Source: a virus. Taken from it: 42,066 nucleotides of DNA. How positions within the stretch are numbered: the first letter of the stretch is position 1; each line of letters opens with the position of its first letter. The stretch lies in the UHGV virus genome UHGV-0115695, one strand, 5' to 3'. Of the stretch, positions 12,872 through 22,949 are shown piece after piece. The position numbers and the translations under genes were made by a program. Under the pieces are notes generated by a model. That model was not told the origin of the DNA, ran no database searches, and saw nothing but the letters and a program-made list of their open reading frames with translations.

Positions 12872-13098
12872 TGTTGGCTCCGTTTATCCGTTAAAAGGGA
12901 TATCAGTTAAGTTATCCCGTGTAGGGTATAAGCCATTGTCGAGACCACTCATTGAATGGCCTCTGCAATAACCGATGTCTTTCCATCAGTCCGCCACCAC
13001 AAAGAATCTTTTTTGCCATAAGGCAGGAGGTTCATCTTTCAGTGGCTGCCAGTGTTATTTCCCCACTTTCTGGCTTGGGTTGTTTCGCTGTACTGCCG

Positions 13099-13641
13099 TT
13101 AATTGGTGAGTCCGGGGATTACGGTTTGCCCGTGCTGTTCAAGGCGTTCAATTCTCGCCAGTAGCTGAGGCTTCTTAATTTTTCCCCAGCGATTAAGCAG
13201 GCGGCCTGACATGCTGGCAACATCCTTCTCTTTCATGTACTCCAGCATTACGGCATTTCTCTCTTCTTCAAATTGACGATGACCAACCTGAAGCATGGCG
13301 TACATCCAGTTGAATGCGTTGATGTAAGCAATTTTGATACGCATTGCTTCTTTTTTGGTGTAGGACATAACCAAAAGCATCAACCCATCCTTGCGGAGAC
13401 GGTAGAATTTTTGCGGCTTACCATTCTGTAACTCATTGTTTTTATAGCAAAGCTCAAAGTTGAGCTTTGTATCAAACTCAGGAGGGCAAGCTTCTATGGT
13501 TCGTTCAATGTCACGAACCACGTTCTTCGGCAGCTTTCCAAATGCTTTTGCCACCATAAAAGAATCTGTAACCGGATCGTTGTTTGCTACAAAAATTAGG
13601 TCTCTGAAATCTATATCGTTAACAACGGTTGGGTAGTTCAT
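13099..13641 (-). CDS. rha: Rha-family phage regulatory protein
   Basis: 180 aa; position between lysis genes and terminase as for P22 orf201/rha; family call from recalled Rha N-terminal pattern. Confidence 0.65.
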   Translation of the reverse strand: MNYPTVVNDIDFRDLIFVANNDPVTDSFMVAKAFGKLPKNVVRDIERTIEACPPEFDTKLNFELCYKNNELQNGKPQKFYRLRKDGLMLLVMSYTKKEAMRIKIAYINAFNWMYAMLQVGHRQFEEERNAVMLEYMKEKDVASMSGRLLNRWGKIKKPQLLARIERLEQHGQTVIPGLTN

Positions 13642-13987
13642 TGCGTCTTTACCTTTTAGAAAGATGAGCCTGTTCGCACAGAAAAGCCGTCCCCGAGATG
13701 GTCGCCACCATATACGGCAATTCTCAGGCTCAGCTTTCTGAAAGACTCGGGATTGTTACGCGCTGCGATGCGCGGTTTACTGCAGATGTAAAAAAGCCCC
13801 GCAAATGCGAGGCTAAATCCTGGTATTTGTAATGACTGGCTCTTATCTCAACGCAGCCCCTTACCGCGCGCCAGATGCTCAATATCAAGCATCAGCAATG
13901 AGATGTTTAATCTGGATTCACTCCAGAAGTGATCATCACCCTGTCTACAGAGCCAGATGTGAAGGATGATGAGTAAAATTATCGCTA

Positions 13988-14425
13988 TCATCGAAGGCAT
14001 TGCGTCCTGATGTATTCCTGCAGGTAGTTAACCTGCGCGGTTATCCTGTCGATTCCACTTCTGAGACGGTAATAATTGAGTTCAGCATCTGCTGTAAGTC
14101 TTGGGCTTTCTCCATCGCCCATGCTGCTGGCTCCGGTCGTTGACTTTGCACAGGTGGCGGAGACTTGCAGGCGCTTACGACCAGCAGAAACATCAGCACG
14201 GAGACTTTCGATAGTCGCGTTAGCATCAGCAAGCTCCTTTGTGTATCTGGCGTCAAGTTCTGCTACATCACGTTGACGCTTCTGCATGTCAGCGATTGTG
14301 GATGTGGCCTTATCGCGCTGCTCTTTGTAGGTCATGGCGTTATCACGGTAGTGATTAACAGCCCATGACAGGCAAACGATGATGCAGATAACCAGAGCGG
14401 AGATAATCGCGGTTACTCTGCTCAT
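13988..14425 (-). CDS. Rz: Spanin inner-membrane subunit Rz
   Basis: 145 aa; N-terminal TM helix then coiled coil; follows endolysin; Rz1 embedded in +1 frame. Confidence 0.9.
   Translation of the reverse strand: MSRVTAIISALVICIIVCLSWAVNHYRDNAMTYKEQRDKATSTIADMQKRQRDVAELDARYTKELADANATIESLRADVSAGRKRLQVSATCAKSTTGASSMGDGESPRLTADAELNYYRLRSGIDRITAQVNYLQEYIRTQCLR
14041..14226 (-). CDS. Rz1: Spanin outer-membrane lipoprotein Rz1 (embedded in Rz)
   Basis: Signal peptide ending in lipobox LVVSAC, followed by a proline-rich stretch ([14 protein letters not shown]); wholly inside Rz in another frame. Confidence 0.8.
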   Translation of the reverse strand: MLTRLSKVSVLMFLLVVSACKSPPPVQSQRPEPAAWAMEKAQDLQQMLNSIITVSEVESTG

Positions 14426-14898
14426 ACCTCAATCTCTCTGACCGTTCCGCCCGCTTCTTTAAATTTTGTAATCAGGCTGTCAGCCTTATGCTCGAACTGA
14501 CCATAACCAGCCCCCGGCAGTGAAGCCCAGATATTGCTGCAACGGTCGATAGCCTGACGAATATCACCGCGATCAATCATCGGTAAAGCGCCACGTTCTT
14601 TAATCTGTTGCAGTGCCACAGCGTCCTGGCTTTTCGGAGAGAAGTCTTTCAGGCCAAGCTGCTTGCGGTAGGCATCCCACCAACGGGAAAGAAGCTGGTA
14701 ACGTCCGGCTGCTGTTGATTTGAGTTTGGGGTTTAGCGTGACAAGTTTGCGAGGGTGATCGGAGTAATCAGTGAATAGCTCTCCGCCAACAATGACGTCA
14801 TAACCATGATTTCTGGTTTTCTGACGTCCGTTATCAGTTCCCTCTGACCACGCCAGCATATCGAGGAACGCCTTACGTTGATTATTGATTTCCACCAT
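14422..14898 (-). CDS. R: Endolysin, lambda R-type lytic transglycosylase
   Basis: 158 aa; near-identical to recalled lambda R ([45 protein letters not shown]...). Confidence 0.95.
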   Translation of the reverse strand: MVEINNQRKAFLDMLAWSEGTDNGRQKTRNHGYDVIVGGELFTDYSDHPRKLVTLNPKLKSTAAGRYQLLSRWWDAYRKQLGLKDFSPKSQDAVALQQIKERGALPMIDRGDIRQAIDRCSNIWASLPGAGYGQFEHKADSLITKFKEAGGTVREIEV

Positions 14899-15205
14899 CT
14901 TCTACTCCGGCTTTTTTAGCAGCGAAGCGTTTGATAAGCGAACCAATCGAGTCAGTGCCGATGTAGCCGATGAACACGCTCGTTATATAAGCGAGATTGC
15001 TACTTAGTCCGGCGAAGTCGAGAAGGTCACGAATGAACCAGGCGATAATGGCGCACATCGTTGCGTCGATTACTGTTTTTGTAAACGCACCGCCATTATA
15101 TCTGCCGCGAAGGTACGCCATTGCAAACGCAAGGATTGCCCCGATGCCTTGTTCCTTTGCCGCGAGAATGGCGGCTAACAGGTCATGTTTTTCTGGCATC
15201 TTCAT
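14882..15205 (-). CDS. S: Holin, lambda S-type with dual-start MKM motif
   Basis: 107 aa; [39 protein letters not shown]... matches lambda S. Confidence 0.95.
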   Translation of the reverse strand: MKMPEKHDLLAAILAAKEQGIGAILAFAMAYLRGRYNGGAFTKTVIDATMCAIIAWFIRDLLDFAGLSSNLAYITSVFIGYIGTDSIGSLIKRFAAKKAGVEDGGNQ

Positions 15206-15993
15206 GTCTTACCCCCAATAAGGGGATTTGCTCTATTTAATTAGGAATAAGGTCGATTACTGATAGAACAAATCCAGGCTACTGTGTTTAGTAATCAGAT
15301 TTGTTCGTGACCGATATGCACGGGCAAAACGGCAGGGGGTTGTTAGCGCAACCTCCTGCCACCCGCTTTCACGAAGGTCATGCGTAGAAGGCCGCAGCAT
15401 AACTATCACTGATGAGTTCAGGATAGCCAGTGGCTACGGCTCAGTTTGGGTTGTGCTGTTGCTGGGCGGCGATGACGCCTGTACGCATTTGGTGATCCGG
15501 TTCTGCTTCCGGTATTCGCTTAATTCAGCACAACGGAAAGAGCACTGTATGTTGCCGGGCCAGATGTCGGCTGCACAGGGAGTCATTGCCGACCCACGCC
15601 CTAAACACACTCGTAAATGCGCTTAGGGTTGTCTCCCCTGGTATCCAGTTATTCCCCGGCTGGGGATACTCCGCGCGACGCTAATGCGTTTCGTCCCTCA
15701 TGGACTCGTCAGGCGCGCAATGCTCTTACCTGTTGTGTGCCCATTATTAATCACACCGGGCCAGTGCGCCGAATTTGTTTACAAGGAGTCGGAAGACCTT
15801 GCTGACTTACAGGCTATTACGCCGCCATCAGAACAACATCATCGTTTGCATTTATCTTTGTGGTCAGTTTCTAAAAAACCGCAAAGTCGCCAACTCTGAC
15901 GAAAACTATCGTTGTGCTGCCACAACGATAAGAGCACTCGGTGCATTTAAGCCAAGCCCCATAAGGGAGAATGCTCTTACCTGTTGCACAGAT

Positions 15994-16022
15994 ATAAAAA
16001 ATCCCGAAACCGTTATGCAGGC
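15994..16022 (-). terminator. Late-leader terminator tR'
   Basis: Minus strand GCCTGCATAACGGTTTCGGGATTTTTTAT, matching lambda tR' hairpin plus U-tract. Confidence 0.85.
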
Positions 16023-16169
16023 TCTAACTATTACCTGCGAACTGTTTCGGGATTGCATTTTGCAGACCTCTCAGCCTGCGATGGTTGGAGTTCCAGACGA
16101 TACGTCGAAGTGACCAACTAGGCGGAATCGGTAGTAAGCGCCGCCTCTTTTTATCTCACTACCACAACG

Positions 16170-16225
16170 AGCGAATTAACCCATCGTTGGGTCAAATTTA
16201 CCCAACTTTATTCAAAAAGTCAATA
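16170..16225 (-). promoter_or_regulatory. Late promoter pR' with overlapping qut (Q utilisation) site
   Basis: Minus strand TTGACT (plus 16218-16223) and TAAATT (plus 16195-16200) with lambda-like surrounding sequence TTGGGTAAATTTGAC..; lies 40-70 bp downstream of Q. Confidence 0.8.
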
Positions 16226-16265
16226 TCATGCCGTTAATATGTTGCCATCCGTGGCAATCATGCTG

Positions 16266-16889
16266 CTAACGTGTGACCGCATTCAAGATATTGTCTGCGA
16301 TTGACTCTTCCTTGTGGCATTGCACCACCAGAGCGTCATACAGCGGCTTAACAGTGCGTGACCAGGTGGGTTGAGTAAGGTTTGGGATTAGCATCGTTAC
16401 AGCGCGATATGCGGCGCTTGCTGGCATTCTTGAATAGCCGACACCTTTGCATCTTCCGCACTCTTTCTCAACAACTCTCCCCCACTGCTCCGTTTTTGCT
16501 ATATCAACCGCACGGCCTGTACCGTGGCAATCTCTGCATCTTGCGCCCGGCGTAGCGGCACTACGGCAATAATCCGCATAAGCGAATGTTGCGAGCACTT
16601 GCAGTACCTTTGCCTTAGTATTTCCTTCAAGCTTTGCCACGCCACGGTATTTCCCCGATACCTTGTGTGCAAATTGCATCAGATAGTTGATAGCCTTTTG
16701 TTTGTCGTTCTGGCTGAGTTCGTGCTTACCACAGAATGCAGCCATTCCGAATCCGGCTTGTGATTGCGCCATCCCCATAGCAGCCATCACATCAGTACCG
16801 GAAAGAGAGTCAGAAGCCGTAGCCCGTGGTGAGTCGCTCATCATCGGGCTTTTTGGCGAGTGAAATTTAGCTACGCTTTCGAGTCTCAT
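16266..16889 (-). CDS. Q: Late-gene antiterminator Q (lambda type)
   Basis: 207 aa, the same length as lambda Q as I recall it, with matching sequence; Cys-rich zinc-binding region CRDCHGTGR...CGRCKGVG. Confidence 0.95.
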   Translation of the reverse strand: MRLESVAKFHSPKSPMMSDSPRATASDSLSGTDVMAAMGMAQSQAGFGMAAFCGKHELSQNDKQKAINYLMQFAHKVSGKYRGVAKLEGNTKAKVLQVLATFAYADYCRSAATPGARCRDCHGTGRAVDIAKTEQWGRVVEKECGRCKGVGYSRMPASAAYRAVTMLIPNLTQPTWSRTVKPLYDALVVQCHKEESIADNILNAVTR

Positions 16890-17074
16890 CGTCTTCCCCT
16901 CTTGCCCTGTTTGACCATCAGGACGCCGTTAACTATTACATGACGCTCGCCTTTGCTGTCTCGGTTGTACTTGAGCACTGTTCCTCTTGCACAGGAAAGC
17001 ATCCTCGCCACTTCGGTCTGATTGCCTCGTGTCTGGATAAGAAGCTCTGGTATCGTTTGAATTGTGGCGTTCAT
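16886..17074 (-). CDS. ninH: NinH-like protein
   Basis: 62 aa; ...PELLIQTRGNQTEVARMLSCARGTVLKY... resembles recalled lambda NinH; immediately upstream of Q. Confidence 0.75.
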   Translation of the reverse strand: MNATIQTIPELLIQTRGNQTEVARMLSCARGTVLKYNRDSKGERHVIVNGVLMVKQGKRGRR

Positions 17075-17433
17075 GCGTTCTCCAGTTCGGTGATTTTTAT
17101 TCCAATCCGTCCGCCTGGTACTTTCACACCACGAATTACGCGAATGTCATCGAATTGCTCGTCGTCTTCCGCAAATCCGGCGTGGATAAGGGAATCGAGT
17201 AAACCTTTCAGGATGTTATCGAGGTCGCGGCGGCGGGAGTCTGGAACGTCTGCGATGACTTTGATGCGGAGTCGTGATTTGGTGAAAATGTCTAACTTGA
17301 GTTGGCGGATGATTTGCTGAACGTCTTTTCGGTATTTCTGGCCTTTATCGCTGGTGTAGTATTGGCTTCCCCGTCTTCGCCAGTAGGTATTCACCGACGG
17401 CGGGTATGGAAGCACAAACTGATATTCGTTCAT
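17071..17433 (-). CDS. rusA: RusA-family Holliday junction resolvase
   Basis: 120 aa; ...DVPDSRRRDLDNILKGLLDSLIHAGF...DDEQFDDIR pattern matches RusA catalytic region. Confidence 0.85.
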   Translation of the reverse strand: MNEYQFVLPYPPSVNTYWRRRGSQYYTSDKGQKYRKDVQQIIRQLKLDIFTKSRLRIKVIADVPDSRRRDLDNILKGLLDSLIHAGFAEDDEQFDDIRVIRGVKVPGGRIGIKITELENA

Positions 17434-17708
17434 TGGACAAACACCCTCCCATTGTTAACCAATTTTTTAAGGGTAAGCACAATGGCCCGATCCATTTCAG
17501 CCCTTCGCTCTTCCCTGCTCATATCTCTTCCATTATCAATTCTTGAATGACAATCAACACATAGCGCAGCAGTAAGGCAATCATCTACTTTAATCCCAAC
17601 CCCCTTCCCTTCATTTCTGTGAGCGGCCTGAACTCCGTATCTTCCGCAAAGAACGCAAAATTCAATATCCCTGACTGCCTGAAGCCATTTTTTGCTTCTA
17701 AACATCAA
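17430..17708 (-). CDS. Nin-region Cys-rich protein, DUF1364/YbcO-like
   Basis: 92 aa; CVLCGRYGVQAAHRNEGKGVGIKVDDCLTAALCVDCH spacing resembles recalled YbcO family; weak. Confidence 0.55.
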   Translation of the reverse strand: MMFRSKKWLQAVRDIEFCVLCGRYGVQAAHRNEGKGVGIKVDDCLTAALCVDCHSRIDNGRDMSREERRAEMDRAIVLTLKKLVNNGRVFVQ

Positions 17709-18207
17709 TCCCCTCCAAAAAACGTCGGTACGCTGATTTGTTTTTTATGTTGCACACTGTCTGCGCACAAACACCAAATTCTTTGGCTATATCTCTGTAT
17801 TTGCCTTTTGATTTATATATTGATTTCACTTGTTCTGGCGTTAGTTTGCAGAAGTGATGATTAAAACCATGAACAAGCAACCCGGAATCAAATCCATGTT
17901 TCGCATTTTCTGTTCGCGTTACCCACTCAAGATTTTCAACTTTATTATTAAGTTTATTTCCATCCTTATGATTAACTTCCGGTTTTCCATCTGGGTTATC
18001 AATAAATACTTCTGCAACAATTCTGTGAACCATTTTATATGATGGTCTTTTCCCGCCACCTGGATACAGACCGACAAATGCATATCCTCCTGGTTTAATA
18101 CCATGAGATAATTTTTTTGATTTACGGCATGAAATGATGTCTCCATTTTCAGTTACTTTATATATACCCTCAAAGCCGGGGATATCTTTTTCTTTTACAT
18201 CACTCAT
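17698..18207 (-). CDS. Freestanding HNH homing endonuclease (NUMOD4-like N-terminus, HNH core, C-terminal HTH)
   Basis: IPGFEGIYKVTENGDI (NUMOD4-like), VNHKDGNKLNNKVENLEWVTRTENAKHG (HNH), AT-rich; inserted within nin region. Confidence 0.85.
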   Translation of the reverse strand: MSDVKEKDIPGFEGIYKVTENGDIISCRKSKKLSHGIKPGGYAFVGLYPGGGKRPSYKMVHRIVAEVFIDNPDGKPEVNHKDGNKLNNKVENLEWVTRTENAKHGFDSGLLVHGFNHHFCKLTPEQVKSIYKSKGKYRDIAKEFGVCAQTVCNIKNKSAYRRFLEGIDV

Positions 18208-18394
18208 CGTCTTCTTCCTCGTACATTGAGCTATTCGGATCGCTCATCAGCTCTGCGCAGCAGTGCTCACACACGTGAACTTCCAGAAAATGCAGCTTTT
18301 GACCGCAATTAGCGCACGTTAAAGCTCGCTCGACGCTTTGTTGTTCGTAACTTCGATTTGGGTCAATCACCTTGTTTTCCTCATGCGGTTCCAT
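18200..18394 (-). CDS. ninF: NinF-like protein (internal start of the 153-aa track ORF)
   Basis: C-terminal 64 aa ...SVERALTCANCGQKLHFLEVHVCEHCCAELMSDPNSSMYEEEDDE closely matches recalled lambda NinF. Confidence 0.75.
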   Translation of the reverse strand: MEPHEENKVIDPNRSYEQQSVERALTCANCGQKLHFLEVHVCEHCCAELMSDPNSSMYEEEDDE

Positions 18395-18509
18395 TTGGCC
18401 TGTAACAGCCCGTAGACATAATCGAATGTCTTTACCTGGCTTTCTGTGGGGATTGGTTTCTTGCGGGATTTGGTGCGTTTGGTAGGAGTAAAAATCAGGT
18501 TGTCTAACG

Positions 18510-18683
18510 CTATTTGAGTAATACTTCGTCGCTGTCTCGCCACACGTCCTCCTTTTCCTGCGGTAGTGGTAAAACTCCTGTTGGTGTTCTTTCACACCGG
18601 AGACACCATCGATTCCAGTAAGGTTGATTTGGTCGGAAGCGGTTATCTTCTTTGCATTCACCGCACCGATAACATCGCATCAT
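18510..18683 (-). CDS. Small Cys-rich nin-region protein (NinD/NinE-like zinc ribbon), start overlapping ninB stop (ATGA)
   Basis: 57 aa from [16 protein letters not shown]...; two CxxC pairs; translational coupling with ninB. Confidence 0.5.
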   Translation of the reverse strand: MMRCYRCGECKEDNRFRPNQPYWNRWCLRCERTPTGVLPLPQEKEDVWRDSDEVLLK

Positions 18684-19120
18684 GCAGCCCGATCTCCCCA
18701 TCGCGCTTTCCATTCGAGAGCCAGTCGCGCTTCGTCTGACCACTTAACGCCACGCTCTGTACCGAATGCCTGTATAAGCTCTAATAGCTCCGCAAATTCG
18801 CTTACACGCATCCTGCTGGTTGACTGGCCTATTACCACAAAGCCATTCCCGGCAAGGTTAGGAACAACGTCCTGCTGCTTTAATGCTGCGGTAAACACAC
18901 ACTTCCAGCTTTCTGCATCCAGCCAGCGACCATGCCATTCAACCTGACGCGAAACGTCACCAAGGCAAGCCCAAAGCTTCCGATTTTGGTCTAAGCTGCG
19001 GTTGCGCTCCTGAATGGTTACTACGATTGGCTTGGTTGGGTCTGGAAGGATTTGCTGGATGGCTTGAATGGCGTTCTGCTGATGGATGGGGCTTCTTAGT
19101 TCAAACGTTAGTTTCCTCAT
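18680..19120 (-). CDS. ninB: NinB (Orf) recombination mediator
   Basis: 146 aa, the same length as lambda NinB as I recall it, with matching sequence. Confidence 0.85.
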   Translation of the reverse strand: MRKLTFELRSPIHQQNAIQAIQQILPDPTKPIVVTIQERNRSLDQNRKLWACLGDVSRQVEWHGRWLDAESWKCVFTAALKQQDVVPNLAGNGFVVIGQSTSRMRVSEFAELLELIQAFGTERGVKWSDEARLALEWKARWGDRAA

Positions 19121-19337
19121 GGGATGAACTCCAGTGTGCGATGTTAAATTCCCATTTAATTACCTTTGCATACCCAATTTTGAACCCATCAATACCTATC
19201 CACCGCTTGCCACTCCAATAAGCTGTACCACTATGCTTGAAATGATGTGGATGCTTAGATTGAGTGGTCACTGTTACAGGTAAATATGGCTTCGGGTATT
19301 CCCCATTCCCTGGATAACCAGATTTAATTCTGCTCAT
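19101..19337 (-). CDS. Hypothetical nin-region protein
   Basis: 78 aa ORF packed between ninB and upstream gene; no family recognised. Confidence 0.4.
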   Translation of the reverse strand: MSRIKSGYPGNGEYPKPYLPVTVTTQSKHPHHFKHSGTAYWSGKRWIGIDGFKIGYAKVIKWEFNIAHWSSSHEETNV

Positions 19338-19660
19338 TGATACCCTCGCTCACTTAATCGCCTCCACGCTTCGTTAAACTCTTCTCGGGTTGCGCCGGAT
19401 TTTCTTTCTTCAAACATCATGCATTCGCTGATGTCTCCCCATGACTTTGTTCGCTTTTCAGCGAACAGATCATCCCATTCGAATACCCAGCGGCCTGATT
19501 TTCGGTAGTGGTAAATGGTCAGCCATGTTGTGCTGTTCGCTGGATACCCATAGAGAACTTCGACTTTTTGATCACGGTCTTTATGCTTTTTCAGCAGGAT
19601 AAAGCCAGCAACCAGCGAAGCTCCGGCAAGAATGATGATTGGAATTTGCCAGTCAGCCAC
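19334..19660 (-). CDS. Hypothetical small membrane protein
   Basis: 108 aa; N-terminal hydrophobic helix IPIIILAGASLVAGFILL; no family recognised. Confidence 0.45.
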   Translation of the reverse strand: MADWQIPIIILAGASLVAGFILLKKHKDRDQKVEVLYGYPANSTTWLTIYHYRKSGRWVFEWDDLFAEKRTKSWGDISECMMFEERKSGATREEFNEAWRRLSERGYQ

Positions 19661-19732
19661 ACTTCCCTCTCCCCCAAATAAAAAGACCTGCGATTACCAG
19701 CAGGCCTGTTATTAGCTCGGTGATGTAGATGG

Positions 19733-21109
19733 TCATACGTCAGCCCCTTGTGCATATCGCCTGCCACGTGCAGCGGGTGCATTTGATGCTGTGCAAATCT
19801 GTCTGGCTTCATCCTGGTCACATGCAACAAAGTGTCCGTTGCAGAACCGCTGGTAAACCGTACCAAGCGAGCCAAAACGGTTTTTCGTCACGATGATTTC
19901 AGCAAATGGCGCGGCGCTACTGTTCTCGTCATATACCGCTTCCCTATAGAGCATGATGATTGAGTCTGCGTCCTGTTCAATGCTTCCTGAATCACGCAAA
20001 TCTGCGTTTGTCGGGCGTTTGTTTGGTCGCTTCTCAACATCGCGCGAAAGCTGACTTAGGGAGATAACAGGCGTTTTCAGGTCTTTCGCCATCGCCTTAA
20101 GGCTTCCTGAGATGTGAGCAATTGCGAGGTCGTTGCGGTCTGCTTTCGGCTTCTCAATCAGGCCAAGATAATCCACCATGATGAGTGACAGGTTTGGATT
20201 TTCCTGTTTGTGCCGTTCTGCGATTGAGCGTATTTCTTCGACCGATAACCGCGAGGCATCGACTACCCATACATCCAAATCTGCAAGCTGACTCATGCCG
20301 TTAGCAACACGCGCCCAGCCTTCGTCATCCATCGATGCAGGATTTCGCAGTACGCTAACCGACATCCTCCCGGCGTTGGCAATGCTTCGCTCTGCAATCT
20401 GCAATGCGCTCATTTCCATTGAGAAAATCAATACCCCGCGCCGGACGTCAGAACCAGGAATAACGCGGCTTGCAACGCCTTCGGCAATCTTCAGCGCCAG
20501 TTCGGTTTTCCCCATACCAGGACGAGCAGCGATTATCACCAGGTCTTCCGCGTTCATCCCTCCGGTGATGGCATCAAGTTCTTCGATTCCGGTCTTCAGG
20601 GTATCGGACTCTTCTCCGTTCCTCAGACGCCTGTCAAGCGTGTCAGTGTAGTCAGTAATGATTTCCCCTAACCGTACAGGTTTAACCTCGTCACGGGGCT
20701 TTCTGATGGCCGAAAGACGCTTTACAAGTTCATCCATCGCCTGACTCGATGCGTCGATGGTTCCGCTCTGAATTGGTTCACGCATTTCATCCATGATTTC
20801 CAGCACCAGACGGCGGTGATAGTTATCCGCGACCATTCCGGCATATCCCTTCAGGTTTGCGGCACTCGGGCAGTTTTTGCTGGTCATCAGGATTGACGTG
20901 AAATGCTCCTCTCCGCACGCCTCGGCAACCATCAGCGCGTCGATTAGGTTTCTGTTTCGCGCCTGCTTGCGGATAACCTCGAAGGCTTTCCGGTAGAGCG
21001 GAATTGAAAACGCTTCCGGCTCCAGCGTTGCCAGAACGTCGCTGGCGGTTGGTGTTAATCCACCAATCAGCAAGCCACCGATAACGCTCGCTTCGATATC
21101 CTGTCTCAT
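19733..21109 (-). CDS. 12: Replicative DNA helicase, DnaB family (P22 gp12 homologue)
   Basis: 458 aa; Walker [17 protein letters not shown]; DnaB-like N-terminal and C-terminal RecA-fold regions. Confidence 0.9.
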   Translation of the reverse strand: MRQDIEASVIGGLLIGGLTPTASDVLATLEPEAFSIPLYRKAFEVIRKQARNRNLIDALMVAEACGEEHFTSILMTSKNCPSAANLKGYAGMVADNYHRRLVLEIMDEMREPIQSGTIDASSQAMDELVKRLSAIRKPRDEVKPVRLGEIITDYTDTLDRRLRNGEESDTLKTGIEELDAITGGMNAEDLVIIAARPGMGKTELALKIAEGVASRVIPGSDVRRGVLIFSMEMSALQIAERSIANAGRMSVSVLRNPASMDDEGWARVANGMSQLADLDVWVVDASRLSVEEIRSIAERHKQENPNLSLIMVDYLGLIEKPKADRNDLAIAHISGSLKAMAKDLKTPVISLSQLSRDVEKRPNKRPTNADLRDSGSIEQDADSIIMLYREAVYDENSSAAPFAEIIVTKNRFGSLGTVYQRFCNGHFVACDQDEARQICTASNAPAARGRRYAQGADV

Positions 21110-22053
21110 GCAATCCCCCTGTCTGCAAACTTCCCTTCCCGTACTCCAGTTAACGAATCTTCTCTCAGCAAGTAATCAAAATCTGCCGTCCAGCCAGTGT
21201 CGTTGTCTCCGAAGTAAAACGGCTTGGCCTGATGCACAAACGCCCTGACATACGCTCTGAAACCGTCCACGTTTGGCGTTTTCAGTTGCGGGATGATTTT
21301 CTTCAGGCGGCGTTTGCGTTTCTCGTTGACCGCAACAGCGTGTGGCAGTCTGTCACCGACTTCGGTGTTGTAGGCGTTCAGGAAGGATTCGTAGTCGATT
21401 CGTTCTGCCTTGCGACGTTCAGGTTTAACCTGCCCATCGCCTCCCACGTTAGGGGGTAAGGGGGTATTATTTATATTCTTGTTAATACCTTCTTGTTCAT
21501 GATGTGCGGTTGTTTGTGCGGCTTCATGTGCGCTTTCATGTGCGGCATGTACGCTGAAAGCCGCGCCATTACTGGCTTCATCATGTGCGGCATCATGTGC
21601 GGTTGTTTGTGCGGCTTCATGTGCGGGTGAGTTGTCCATTTTTTGAGCGTATTCATGGTAATTTGTGATGGTGATCACACGACCTTTTTTCTTCTCTCCA
21701 TCAATGGAGATCATCCCCTCTTTCACAAAAACCTGAAGCATCCTCTCAACCTGATCACGGCTTGCTGGCTTGCCATGTCTGTCGCATAACTGAAGACCTA
21801 AATCAGCTGCTGTCACAACCAGTTGACCGGGTTGCAGATGCCATTCATGACCTTTGAAATTCGCTTTGTATGGCTTTCTGGCGGCATTCAGGAGAAGGTT
21901 TTCCCACAGGGTGCGAAGATAAACATCTTTCGCCCATGACTGTTTCAGAATGCTCCGGTACAACGGAATGTAACCAGTTTTCTGGTTCTCCATCCTGTTG
22001 CTCCTGCGCTCGTGTGCGGCGCTGAAATCGTAGATTTTTGCTGTATTGCTCAT
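21106..22053 (-). CDS. Replication initiator, lambda O-like (P22 gp18-like), with origin iterons inside the gene
   Basis: 315 aa; internal His/Ala-rich repeats (HEAAQTTAH) encoded by DNA iterons; precedes helicase gene with overlapping stop/start. Confidence 0.8.
   Translation of the reverse strand: MSNTAKIYDFSAAHERRSNRMENQKTGYIPLYRSILKQSWAKDVYLRTLWENLLLNAARKPYKANFKGHEWHLQPGQLVVTAADLGLQLCDRHGKPASRDQVERMLQVFVKEGMISIDGEKKKGRVITITNYHEYAQKMDNSPAHEAAQTTAHDAAHDEASNGAAFSVHAAHESAHEAAQTTAHHEQEGINKNINNTPLPPNVGGDGQVKPERRKAERIDYESFLNAYNTEVGDRLPHAVAVNEKRKRRLKKIIPQLKTPNVDGFRAYVRAFVHQAKPFYFGDNDTGWTADFDYLLREDSLTGVREGKFADRGIA
21455..21650. repeat. Replication origin: array of CATGTGCGG-type iterons followed by AT-rich segment
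   Basis: Repeated ..atgtgcgg.. units between 21480 and 21650 and adjacent tattatttatattcttgttaat AT-rich stretch at 21455-21480, inside the O-like gene as in lambda ori. Confidence 0.75.
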
Positions 22054-22055
22054 AA

Positions 22056-22328
22056 CTACCTGCCTTGACGAAAGACCTTAAGAACATCGTTAAACTGACT
22101 TACGGATATGTCTTCTTTGAGAAGCTTTTCCAGAAATGCGTTTGGAATGAACGTATATCCCTCCTCTTTTGGTAGAGACGGGAGCAACGCCCTCGCCTCA
22201 GCCTTCAGAAGCTCAGTTCTGGCAACTTTCACAAAAGAGATTTGAGTTCTTTCATCAATGGAACGAAGGAAGCGCAAACGCTTAGCTTCTTTGTGTGTAT
22301 CAGGTGGATTAAAGCCTTTGTTTCGCAT
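22056..22328 (-). CDS. Hypothetical protein between cII and the initiator gene (internal start of 193-aa track ORF)
   Basis: 90 aa from MRNKGFNPPDTHKEAKRLRFL...; GAGGT RBS upstream; no family recognised. Confidence 0.5.
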   Translation of the reverse strand: MRNKGFNPPDTHKEAKRLRFLRSIDERTQISFVKVARTELLKAEARALLPSLPKEEGYTFIPNAFLEKLLKEDISVSQFNDVLKVFRQGR

Positions 22329-22350
22329 ATAATTACCTCGTTGGATGTTG

Positions 22351-22644
22351 TTAAAATTCCATTTGTATTTGATCAGAACGCTCGGTTGCCGCCGGGCGTT
22401 TTTTATTGGTGAGAATCGAAGCAACTTGTCGTGCCAATCGAGCCATGTCGTCGTCGACAACACCCCATTCAAGAACAGCAAGCAGCATTGAGAACTTTGG
22501 AATCCAGTCCCTCTTCCACCTGCTGATCTGCGACTTATCAACTCCCACAGCTTCCGCTGTCTTCTCAGTTCCAAGCATTGCGATTTTGTTAAGCAACGCA
22601 CTCTCGATTCGTAGAGCCTCGTTGCGTTTGTTTGCACGAACCAT
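22351..22644 (-). CDS. cII: Transcriptional activator CII (lambda type)
   Basis: 97 aa from MVRANKRNEALRIESALLNKIAMLGTEKTAEAVGVDKSQISRWKRDWIPKF..., matching recalled lambda CII. Confidence 0.9.
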   Translation of the reverse strand: MVRANKRNEALRIESALLNKIAMLGTEKTAEAVGVDKSQISRWKRDWIPKFSMLLAVLEWGVVDDDMARLARQVASILTNKKRPAATERSDQIQMEF

Positions 22645-22703
22645 ATGTAAGTATTTCCTTAACAAATAAGAAGTTATGCGCATCAACTTATGCGCGTTGT
22701 ATT

Positions 22704-22745
22704 CCCGCATTTCGGCGGGAATGAGTACCATGACTGTTAAAGAGC
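22704..22745 (-). promoter_or_regulatory. nutR: boxA (GCTCTTTAACA) and boxB hairpin
   Basis: Minus strand boxA at 22745-22735 and boxB CCCGCCGAAATGCGGG at 22719-22704; identical boxA/boxB pair recurs at nutL. Confidence 0.75.
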
Positions 22746-22752
22746 AATTTGC

Positions 22753-22938
22753 TTATGCCGCTTTGCGGTAAGCGCTTTCTTGATACTTCAGGGCGCCAGC
22801 TGTAACGACTTCCAGTCGATAGGCGTCTTTCTCTGGGATGACTTCCTTCCACTGAGAGACTGCTGCGTCGCTAATGCCTAACGCTTTAGCTACAGCACGC
22901 TGGGTTCCGAAGTGGTCGATAACATCTTTCTTGTACAT
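22753..22938 (-). CDS. cro: Cro repressor (P22 type)
   Basis: 61 aa MYKKDVIDHFGTQRAVAKALGISDAAVSQWKEVIPEKDAYRLE... matches recalled P22 Cro. Confidence 0.95.
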   Translation of the reverse strand: MYKKDVIDHFGTQRAVAKALGISDAAVSQWKEVIPEKDAYRLEVVTAGALKYQESAYRKAA

Positions 22939-22949
22939 AGACTCGCTCC

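Noticed and set aside
15617-16113. Overlapping plus-strand ORFs of 62-112 aa in the Q-S interval, considered as possible toxin or tRNA morons
   Set aside because: They run antisense to the conserved pR' leader and tR', overlap one another, and lack RBSs. I found no tRNA-like cloverleaf or stx-like coding signal by eye.
18200-18661. 153-aa ORF as a single nin gene
   Set aside because: Only the C-terminal 64 aa match NinF. The N-terminal part overlaps a Cys-rich small ORF in another frame that is translationally coupled to ninB.
21471-21656. 61-aa minus-strand ORF with repeated MKPHKQPH
   Set aside because: Alternative frame of the origin iterons inside the initiator gene; an artefact of the repeat.
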